This document shows, in pieces, positions 24,705 to 36,700 of a DNA stretch of 64,000 bases (positions are counted from its first letter, which is position 1; each line of letters opens with the position of its first letter). Position numbers and translations under genes: made by a program. This stretch comes from Octopus sinensis. Lineage: Eukaryota. Under the pieces are notes generated by a model, which did no database searches, was not told where the DNA came from, and was given only the letters and a program-made list of their open reading frames with translations. The DNA lies in the NCBI RefSeq assembly GCF_006345805.1, contig NC_043001.1, positions 40,486,001 through 40,550,000 of the forward strand, given 5' to 3'.

Positions 24705-27700
24705 CATATATACGACAGGCTTCTTTCAGTTTCTGTCTACCAAATCCACTCACAAGGCATTGGTCAGCCCGGGACTAAAGCAGAAGACACTTGCCCAAGA
24801 TGCCATGCAGTGGGACTGAACCCGGAACCATGTGGTTGGTTAGCAAGCTACTTACCACACAGCCACTCCTGATATGGACATAATGTTCTGTTTTGCTGTT
24901 CTATTTGTTTTATTTTGTTCTTTTAGTTATATCCCTCTCTCTCTTTTTCCTGCTACATGCTTTTCTCATTCTCTTTTTCTTCGTTGCACCCTTTTCTCCT
25001 TTCTACTTGCAATTCTTTCTCTCCTTTTCCTCATCACCTGCCTTTCTCTCTATAACTTGTCTCTTCACTGCTTTTTTTCCATTTCCTTTCACCTTTTTTT
25101 CTTTTTCCCTCTTGAACTTCTCTTGCATATTCTTACTCTCTTATACCTCTCTCCCATTCAATCTTTTTTGATTTGATTAACTTTTTGGTTTGCTATTCTT
25201 ACCTTCCTGTTTCTTGTAATTTGTTCTTCCCTTCCTCAACATTCCCTTTCATCTTGACTCAAACTGTATTTCTTTTTTAGTTGAACAGAGTGAAGGCTGT
25301 GGAGAAAGAGAAAGATAACCTGGAGGGAGCTAAGAATGAAGCTGAAGAATTCTTGAGTACAGAGGACAGTATCACTCACTTGAATAACAAACTTTACCAG
25401 ATATATCTGTAAGTTTCTCTTTACATTATATTTGAAGTTTCCATCATAAATTAAATTTGATTTCAAAATTTCTCATGTTAAAGAGAAAGGTAACGTTATA
25501 CTTTAAGTTCTCAAAATTTCATATTTTGTAAAGGTCTCTAATGAATTTGACCCATTTATGAGGTACAATGTTTCTTCAGAGTGCATTATTCCATTACATT
25601 CAAAGAGATTCAATCATATATATTTTCTCCTGGTTTCTTAAAATCCATTTCTTCTGGTTTTTTTTTTGTCCTTTTCTTTACTTAGTATTAATATTAATTT
25701 GTTATTTTCTCTCTCTTAAAAGAAATGATTGTGCTGCCAATGAGTCAAAGGCAACTGCTAGTTTGAAAGAGTTACAGGAAAAAGCTGACGAAGAATCTAA
25801 GAAAATGAAAACTGTTACTGCCGAGAAATTAGCTCGCAGCAAAGAATATGACAAAACTTACAAGTAAGATTGTGTGTTAAAGAAAGTCTTTAAAAATATT
25901 ACTGATATTGCTTAGGAATTGGGATGTGGTCTGTTTATTATAATAAACTACTTTTATTTACTAATTCTATTTTCTAATAAAGATAAAAAGCCTCAGATAC
26001 GGTTGTGTAGTAAAAAGCTTGCTTCTCAACCACATGGTTCTAGGTTCAGTCCTACTGTGTGATACCTTGGGTAAGAGCCTGTCATATATATATATATGTG
26101 TGTGTGTATGTATGTAGTAGTAGTAGTACCTCGGTTTTCAAACAACTCTAATTGCGAATAAATTGTGCCTTTATATATATAGATATATATAAAGCATGAT
26201 TTATTTGTGATCAGAGGCGTTCGTAAACTAAGGTACTACTGTAATAAATGAATATGAGAAAGACAGGAGATAAAGTAAGATTTATTCGTAATCAGGGTTG
26301 TTTGAAAACCGAGGTCCTGTATATCTGTGTGTGTGTCTGTGTTTGTTACGTACCACCACTTGACTATTGATGTTGGTGTATTTACATCCATGTAACTTAG
26401 TGGTTTGGCAAAAGTTATTGATAGAATAAGTATTAAGCTTAAGAAATAAACCCTAGGGTCAATTTGTTCAGCTAAAAACCCTTCAAGGCAGTGCCCCAGT
26501 ATGGCTGCAGTTAAATGGCTGAAATGAGTAAAAGCATAGAAGAAAAAAAATTTTTTATGTTTTTAGCAAGTGGAAGTTTTAGTAACAATAAGAACTGTCA
26601 CTGACTTATCTCTTTACTCTTTTACTTGTTTCAGTCATTTGACTACGGCCATGCTGGAGCACCGCCTTCAGTCGAGCAAATCGGCCCCGGGACTTATTCT
26701 TTGTAAGCCCAGTACTTATTCTATCGGTCTCTTTTGCCGAACCGCTAAGTGACGGGGACGTAAACACACCAGCATTGGTTGTCAAGCAATGCTAGGGGGA
26801 CAAACACAGACACACAAACACATACACACACACACACATACATATATACGACAGGCTTCTTTCAGTTTCTGTCTACCAAATCCACTCACAAGGCATTGGT
26901 CAGCCCGGGGCTATAGCAGAAGACACTTGTCCAAGATGCCATGCAGTGGGACTGAACCCGGAACCATGTGGTTGGTTAGCAAGCTACTTACCACACAGCC
27001 ACTCCTGCGCCTATGTTTGAAAATTTTGTTATTATTCTTTACAGATACATGTCACTAGAAATTTTAAATGAAAATGGGAAGTTGGATGTATTTGTATTTC
27101 TGATATGGTAGTTTTTATATTAAACTTGCAAGCTCAAGTTTTGTTTCACAGTTGAAAACTATTTCCTTTTCTAACATTGTTTATACCAGCAAGAGAAAAA
27201 AATAAACATATCTTCTCATTTTTCACTTTTCTTAAATTATAAAGTCTTGGTTCTTGTCAACAGAAACCTTTACTAAATTAGGAATCTAACTTTATTGGTC
27301 ATCCACATGGAGATTTAAAAATATTTGCAATAAAATGTTTTTGCGTGTTTTTTATATTTATATTGAAGTAAAAACATGTCTTGCAAAAAAAAAAAACATT
27401 CAAAATGTATTGAAATCATAAATTTTGCTTTTCATTTATTTTTGAGTTTTATTTATTTATTTTTTTAAACATATTTGAAATGGTTGTATTTGAAATGGCG
27501 GTGCCCCAGCATGGCCACAGCTCGTGAGCTGAAACTAGATAAGATAAAATAAAATATTTAAGTAATGTTGAAAAACTGTCAACTCTGCTTGAGTAGAATT
27601 ATGACATAGGTGTATACAATTGAAAATTTATGAACAAAACCATGTTTAATTTCTTTTCAATAAGGGAACCTATGTCAAAGACTTAGTAAGGTATACAAAG

Positions 27701-30700
27701 TAAAAATTATTAAAAAATATTAAAACTCAATTCACAGTTTGTTATATATTTTACATAGGCCATTTTACTGAAATATTTCAATTATGTGCAAGTTGTTAGA
27801 CACTAAATTTATTTTTAAAATTTACAACCATAACACATTTTTTAAAAATAATGTTTTGTTTACTGTTTAGAGAGTATGAGGCATTAGTGAAGGAAAGTGA
27901 TCAACTTAAAGAGAAATTCTCTAAATTGGAAAGTTTGGATGTGAAATGCCGTGAAGATATGAAACATACAAAAGGCAAACCCCCTAAAATTGAAAAAAGC
28001 ATTACACAAGAATTAAAAAAAGCAAGTATTTTTGTACATTTCTTACATTAACTCTTTAGTGTTCAAATTAATTTATCAAATGTAATGCTTATTTGTTCAC
28101 ATTATTGTAAAAACCCATGTAATTTACACACTTTTTTACGCAAAAATAAAAATAAACTTTAGTGGGTGCATAAATTACATGAGTAGATTGTTTCCTGAAT
28201 TTTTTTTGAAATTTTTTTTTGTTGCAAAAAGACATACAAAATGTAAAAGTTCATACTGGAAGTTTATACATTTGATGTCAGAATAGGTTTTAACAGAAAA
28301 AATAATGGCTTAAATAAGCATAATGAAGTTGACTTTTATTTATGCTGGACAGTATAATGCTTTCTTTTTCTGTATAAATTTACTAAAACCGTTAAATGGT
28401 TAACTTGTTTTTGAAGTCTGATGTTCATACTGGTAAACATGGTCTGGGCCATATTATACATTGCTTGGAGTTTCTACCTATTGCAATGGAGTACATATTT
28501 AATTTCTCCTTCGCAGTAAACAATTCATAAGTTCTGCTCATACTGACAATAATGGTAATGACAAATTTTAAAGTTTGCTTGACATTTTATAAGTGTGAAA
28601 GGGATTAAAATTTCGATACTCCATATGAAAGGTTTTGACAAGAATAGGCAGAAAAGAATTGTTTATATAATCAGTTTGATCAGTCACCTGCCTCTGTCGG
28701 TTGAGTAAAATGTCATCCAAGCTGATGTTTATTGGTAATTAAACTTAATTTGCAACACCTGTGCGTATTTATCAGCTTTGTTTTTGTTGGTAATTCTTAT
28801 CAGCAACTTTTTCTGTGATTGTGATTTCAGAAGACATACAGCAGTATGCTAAAGATGGAACATAATCTCTTGTGGGCAAGAAATGTAAAATAAAGTTTAT
28901 GATAAACAACACAAACACTTTGTAATTTAATAGCTTTCAGTGTCAAACAGAAATTATTTTTATTTAATGAAAATTTAATAAAGTCTAATCATAAGTAAGT
29001 GAAGTTATGTTAAATACAACTAAATTGAAAACCTTTTTTTCCTGGCTATATCGGCAATTCTGAAAACTTTTAGGTGTGAATTTTACACAAGTAGAAGCTT
29101 TTTTTAACAAATTTTATCTTGAAAATCATCTGCATAAATTACACAGGTGTGCAAATTGCATAGGTTTTTCCAGTATTTTGAATTATTCAGGTTTTGAATT
29201 AATACATGTGTGTAACATACTGAAAATTAATGTCTTTCTCATTTTTAACATATTGGTAATAAAATGAAAGGAATATATGATAGTATTACTATCAAACAAC
29301 AAAATATAGTTATGCCATATTTCTATTGTGAAACTGTCTAAAGTACCCTTTACACAAGGGCACTTTACAAAATGAACATCTATATGAGAGCTTGACTTGA
29401 TATCCTTTTGCAGTTTTTCTTTTTTGCAGTGAACTCAGTCTGCAAACTGTCTCCCTTCCATTTATTTTTTCCACTTTATGGAGGTCAATATTTTCTCTGT
29501 TGACATCCACCTCAGTTAATTATGTTTTTCTCCCAGTTCTGAGCTTTCAGGAAGAAAAGCCCTCGTGTAACTGAGATGCAATGTCAACCTGAAATTTCAA
29601 ATAGTTGTAGTCCTCTGGTGGTGGATGTACTTTGTGGCTTTTTACATTAACAATATATGAATTAACTATAGTTAGACATAATATTGGAGATATATGGATC
29701 ACCATACCTTATTATCAAGATCTCAGTAGTTCCACAGTTGAGGAAGCTGCTTGATACCTAACAATGTTTATAGTAAAGAAAGCTCGCATTTCCACAGTAT
29801 CAGTTGGCTGTCATAGTGGATCAGGTTTTCCATGAATAGAAATTATGCTTTGAGCTTATTTGTTTCCTCCACAACAGTTTCAAAAACAACTTTTCGGTAA
29901 AAATAAAAACAAATAGTTCAATGGTTGAGCATTAGGAGGTAGAGTGTATTGTGGACTAGTATTTTCTGTGAAATCGGGAATTGTGGTTGATGTAGTAATC
30001 TTCAACCATGTTCCCGGAATGTTTTCAAGATCATTTTCATAATCAAAATCTTCCTCTGATAAAGATTCATGAATGTCAATATGATTTGGCTGAAGGCAAA
30101 TCACTGTTGTTTCTGTTTATATTATGTACATCATCAAGAGTAAAACCATTGAAGTTGGAATTGCTACTTGCTGATGCCATATCGTTAAAAACTAAGATAT
30201 ACACTTGTCTTCAAATATTGAAAAAAAAAAACAAGAAGTCTTAAAAATTTCACCATATTTTTACTTGAATAAAGGTGGGAAAGGCTTTAGCTTGCTTTAT
30301 CTCAGTTTTGAGATAAAGCAAGCTAAAGCCTTTCCCACCTTCAGTAATGTGATTTGTTCATTTTTTAGCGATTTTGTAAAGGAATCAGATACAACCAGAT
30401 TTAGCCAGTTCAAACGAATAAAGGGCTATAATTTTCGGCCGCTTTTGGTCAGTCTAAACACTAAAGGGTTAAAAATAATACACTACTTATTTCGAATATG
30501 TTTTATCACCTGAAATTCTCTTATTTATTTTTCCATAGTTATTGGCAGGACAGTTTGCCTATCCATTTTAGTTAACTACTTGTCTTTTTGTGAATGAGTT
30601 TTGTCTTGTGAATATCTCTAATAAAAAGTTGTTCTACTTTAGGAAAATTTTTTTTTTACTGTGTGTTGTCATGGGAGTTAGCATCAGATTTTGGCTAATC

Positions 30701-33700
30701 AACTGGCCTGGCTTACAAGCACACAGAATTCCTTATCAAAACTTTTCTTTATGAAATAAATTTAGAAGTTTACCTCATAGTAACAAAATGAATAAATTTT
30801 TTACCATGTTTTTTGGTTATATTTTAAAAAATATTTTTAGATTGGAGAGTTCAAATCAATTCCAGAAGAGGCTGAAAAAGTTTTGGTTGATCTAAGAAAG
30901 AAATTGGAAACTCTTGAAGCAAAACAGAAAGAAGAGGTTAAAAAAGTTCAAGAAGTGATGAAAAGTTTGAAAATTGAAACCAAGGTGAACGTTTTTGGAG
31001 TTTTGGGGGAAAATATCACTTATTAACAGAATTTATATTTTCCATTTGATTACAATGTACTTTTGTTTAGGTAGGAAGTATATTTTTCTGTCAACCTTAC
31101 AACCACTTATGATTCTCTAATACTTTCATAAAGTTAAATAGTTGCAGTGGTTTTCTATCATGTATTTCAGCACTATCAAAAGTACATTTCTGTGATTTAT
31201 TTAAAATGTTTTTGCTTATTTTGCTTTGTTTATTCATATTTTCATTCTAATCTTTAAATAACTCTGAATTTAGGATCTGCAAGAAGAGAAAGACAAGCAA
31301 GAAGAACAATTGTTAGGAATGCAAAAGTCAGTCAGTGAGAGCAAGTCACAGGTAGAATATGTAAATTCATTCCTTGTTTGTGCATAGAACCCTTCTACAA
31401 AATAATAGTTAAATAAATTTACTTATTTTTGTCAATCAAGATATATTAATTCTATGAAATGATATTCCTTGAAGTGAAATGCTGCATTCTCTTCATTTTT
31501 GAATTAATTCTATAAATAAGCAATGAATTTTTTTATTTCCTTCTTGTCTAAAACTTCAACAACATCCAACAATAATCTTTAGTTTTATTATATTTAATTT
31601 ATTGAATTGAAGTTCAAATTTTCCATGATTATCCACTGAATATCAAAATCCAAAAGTTATATTAATCATCTAAGTATATTTTTCAATTTGTTTTTTAATA
31701 GTATAATGTTGCCCAATCAGAGTTGGATATCTATCTTAGCAACGAACAAAATGAGCAATCAAAATTAAATGAACTGCAAAGGAACTTGACAAAAGCCACA
31801 AACACTCTAAAAGATCGCCAGAGGTTAATATCAATTTTTATAAAATCTTCTTTGGACAAATCTAAAGACAATTAATATAGTCATTCAAGCACAATTTTAA
31901 CAATTTAGTAGATTTAAAAAAAAAAATTATCTAATAGTCATCATCTTTTTCTATTGTGTCTCTTTACTCACCTAGCATGCTTCCAGTTTTCTTCTTGACT
32001 ATTACTCCACTCAATCTTTTCCTCTCATAATCTCAGTTTCCTCTCTTACTGTAGCCCATCTTTGGCAATTGTCTGCTATCCTAATTATTGATTACCTGTT
32101 CTTGAGTAAATGGACTCAATGTAATGCAGTGAAGATGTCCTTTTGTCTTGCAGGGTACAAAGCAACTTCACTAGGGCTGGGACTATGATCAAATTCCTCT
32201 GTTGCCATCTGTAAAGTGGTTGGGAAATGAGTATAGACATTGTAGGGTCAAGATAACTTTTTAGTTTTGTCAGGTGGTTGGTGCTAGGAATTGCATCCAA
32301 CTGTAGGTATCATGTCAAAAGAAAACACAAGCTAGATGTGGCCCATGGCCAAGAGAGCAGTAACTTTGAATGAGAACTGAACTGGACTGTGATGACCTGT
32401 TCAGCCCATGCCAGTATGTAAAGAGGATGTTAAATGTTAATTATATACTCTTCTAAGTTCTCTGCTTTAATACCATATTGAAAAATATTCACTTTTTTTC
32501 TTTTAATGCTGGGTTATTTGTTCTATTAATATATTGACAAAAGTTGATGTTGCTGAACAATGAGGAGTAAGTGAACACTGGGAGGTTGATAACAGTTCAT
32601 TTGGTGATAGTAGGTGAACAGGATATTTAGAATAAGCTTGTTTTATTGTCTTTTGCTTTTCTCTGTAGATACTTTTTTAAAAATTTTGTTTTAACTTAAG
32701 GAGGATAACAGCAAATTTCAAATATTTGTATATTAAAAAATTCCTTCCTTTCTCTATAAATGTGTTAATGTACGTGTTGTTGTATTAAGACCTATAACAT
32801 ACTAACTTTAGTTGTTTCATAAAAAATATCCTTTGTTTTTAGACTGATCTGGAATAGTTTCATTAAATTTCTAAAACATTGCTTGAAGAATATAATAAAA
32901 CTTATGGAACATATTGAAATATAATGTTGCTTTATAAAAAGTTGCATTGTGAAAAGGAAATTGGTGTATTTGGTATTTCTAATTTTTAATTTTCATTTTT
33001 TTTTAGTCAAATTAAAGATATGGAACAAAAAATTCCCACTATTCAGAAAAATCTTGAAAAAAGCAAAAAAGAATTGGAACAAGCTACAGAATTAGAAAAG
33101 AATTCTTCAGAACAGGTAAAATTTAGTGAAGGCGAATATAATATATTATTATAGTTCATTCTAATTTATAAAGTTTTGAACAAAAATCAAGCCTATGTTA
33201 AATGAACATGAGCAAGTCTGTAAAAACAGTAATCCATCAAGGAGTTAGCTGCATTACTACACAATAATCAATAGCTTTTTGAGATTAGACAAAAAGAAAT
33301 TGAAATTTTACAGAAGATTCATATCTTATACTGTTAACATATATATAATTATGTAATATAAAGGATACATTATTTGTTTTATGAAATTATGCATTAAATA
33401 CTAGTTTTACTTGTTGGAGTTTTCAGTTTTTAATCTAATGGCTTTCATAACATTAAATGTTTTCAAGGAAAGTGTTTTAAGATATTGTTCTTTTTAAAGA
33501 AATTAAATTATATACAAATATAACAATGTTCTAAAAGTATTGTTAGTTTTGTAAATCTGTCAATCTTGCAACAATCTTAAGCCTCTCATAGGGAAACCAG
33601 ACAACTTTACAGTTGTAAAGTTATGGGTTTAAACACATGCACACAAACATACAGTCGTACTGAAAATAATGCAAAGGTTGGCATAACTTGTCTATTAACT

Positions 33701-36700
33701 GACAAAGGTTGTTCAAACTGCATGAGCTGGTAAAGTAACTATTCCTTAAAACAATGGTACTACTCAGCCTAATCTCCATCACAAGTAATGCATTTGTGCC
33801 ATTCTTGAACATGGCTTTCGAATTCTCTTGGAAAAAATTCAGGTGTGCACTGTTGTGCCTACTTCACAGCAACTTTCACCTTTGTCATCAAATTGTCCCT
33901 GAAGTCTGTCCTATATTGGATCAATGAAATGGGAGTTGGAAGGCACTAGATCTGGACTATATGGCGAATGGAGGACCACTGACCTGCCCATTTGGCTGAT
34001 GGCTTTTTTTTGTTGTCAAAGATGTGTGTGGTTGTGCATTGTCATGATGCATGTGGATCGGGTTCAGATTTTTGTTTGATCTCTTCCTCCTAATGGTTTC
34101 TCTAATTGCTTTTTGTGTATCTCAGTGTACTGCTCATTGTTTATGGTACAGCCACATTCTAGAAAATCATGTCCTAGTTATCCCAAAATACAGTTACCAT
34201 GATCATGTATTGATCTTGGAGAAGAGGTGTGACTCCGTTTCATGAATTGAGCCTTCGTTTCCAGATCATAAAGCTATGACCACTTTTACCCCCTGCACAA
34301 GACTAGGAAAAACAAAATCAAACAAAAAACCCACAAAAACGTATTCATTGGCTTCAAACATTTCCAGCAGATCAGAGCATTCTTCCACCCATCTCTCCTT
34401 CATTTATTCATACTTTATTGATAGAAAGGTGTTATATAGCATACTGGATATATAAAAGAAATTGGTGTGTTATTATTTCTTAAAATATAACAACTATAAT
34501 AAAATGAATATTAGTATCTATCATCTCTGTGCTGCTGGCACGTAAAAAGCACCTTTTGTGCATTGGGCCTCACGGAGGCAAAGTGGCTGATGCTAGTGGC
34601 ATGTGAAAAGCTTCTTTCGAGTGTTGGGTCTCACAGAGGCAATGACCAAAGACCTTTGGCATTATGTCATGCTTGAGAAGACCCATCAAGCTGAGTAAAA
34701 TTGCAGTTGTGGCAGATACTAGTGTCACACAAATAGCATCCATGCTGGTGGCATGTAAAAGCATCCATTATACTTTTGAAATGGTTGCTATTAGGAAGGG
34801 CATCCAGCTGTATAAATCGTGCAAAATCAGACTGGAATCTGGTGCAGCCTTCCAGCTTGCCAGCCCTGGTCAAACCGTCCAACCCATAGTAGCTTAAACA
34901 ATGAACGTTAAATGATGATGATGATATGTTTTGAAATGTTTAATGACATTTTACCTTTTTATGTTTGAAGTTAAGAAATGCTCGTTTGAAAATTGAAGAA
35001 ATGAAGATGTCCATGCAATCAGCCAAGAGCAAAGGAAGGGTCTTGTCTGCTTTAATGGAACAGAAGCGAAGAGGGAAACTGCCTGGTATTTTAGGCAGAT
35101 TGGTAAGTATGCTTTTGGGTTATTTAATATTTCTGCTGTTGAATGTCTGTTACTAGGGCTATAATTGTAGAAGATTTTTTAGTAGATTTACTAGATGGAA
35201 ACTGAAAGATACCTTTTGTATAAGTGTGTGTTTGTCTTTTTGTCTTAACATTTACGTGATTGTTGTCAATGACTCATTCATTTCCAATATTCTGTGAAAA
35301 CTTGTCTGGCAATATTACCTTGGTATGTGTTGACAACAGGAAGGTCATCTGGCTGTAGAGAATCTGTCTCGATAAACTCAGTGTAAACCATGCAAGCGTG
35401 GAAAAGTGGATGCTAAAATGTTGATGATATTACTGTTATATCTGCCTGTATACAGATGTGAAAAGAAGTTGCTTCAACATATTTACAATAGGACTTTTTT
35501 TTTATTGGTGATTGGATAAATGCTGACTTAAATTTTGGTACCCCATGACTTCTGATTTTACAGCATTTCAGTTCCTCTTCAATGACCATCTTGGTTGTTT
35601 TTGTTGATTTTGACATTGTTTTTGTTTCTTATCTTTTCTGATGTTTGTTTAATAATTAATTTCAACAATTTTTTTTTTTCATATATATATTCAACAGGGT
35701 GATCTAGGTGCAATTGATAGCAAATTTGATTGTGCCATTTCAACTGCTTGTGGTGCTCTTGACAATATTTTAGTTGACACCATTGATACAGCTCGCCACT
35801 GCATTGAGTTCCTCAAGGCTAACAACGTTGGTTCTACTACATTCATTTGTCTTGATAAAATGGATAAATGGAAAAGCTACTGCAATAGAAAAATAACAAC
35901 GTAAGCTTTGTTGATATATAGTTGCTTTATATTACAAAACATTTAAAATATATATAATACATTTTTCCAACATTTTATACCTGCAGTATAAGATGGTTTC
36001 GTATTGGGTGGGGGAACTTTTAGGGCTAAAAAGCCCTCTTATATGGCAACATTATGGCTTATGAAGATAAAATACATTTGAATAAAAAATATAAATGTAG
36101 TAGTAAAATTAAAAATAGGACTAGTTTTGTAACAAAAATGTAATAGCTATATGATATTATTGCCTAATGAAAAACTAAATAATTAACATGGTTTTTAGTT
36201 TCAAAACAAACACAGTTGAAAGATTCAGATATTCTTCTTGCTTGTCTTACATGAATATTGTGTGGATGAATGCTAAATATTCATGGAAAAATACGTAGTA
36301 AATGATTTAAAAACTTTCATAAACCTAAGTTTGTATTAAAAAAAAAAAAAAAAGGATTCTAAATTAATTTTCAGAGGCAATCATATTGATTTTTGTCTAT
36401 CTTGTTACCTTCTGTATAAACTGAGAAAAAGAGAATACCTATTACTAAATAAAATTTAATATTTTTAATGAAGTTAGTAATGTGGTGAAAGTATTCATAG
36501 TAACTATGAAAGGTTTTCAAGGAAGAAATGTTAAGATCAATTTTTGATTGATAAAGTTTAGGGGAAAATTTTAAAATCTCTTTATAAATAGGATTTCTAT
36601 AGTTTCTTCTAAAATGGTAGCACTACATATATATTGTATGTTTGTTCCAAGAAAATATTTAATCTCTAGAATTCAAGAAACCTGATTTTCTGCAAGCAAA

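Noticed and set aside
24790-24871. tRNA genes at SINE heads (here and at 27.0, 49.3, 56.0 and 60.4 kb)
   Set aside because: A/B boxes are present but there is no complete cloverleaf or acceptor stem; each continues into SINE body sequence.
35820-35860. Hinge variants (NVGSTTF here, and SGTISGGG in exon 16) as loss-of-function changes
   Set aside because: Conservative or at variable positions; the hinge glycines and all ATPase motifs are intact.
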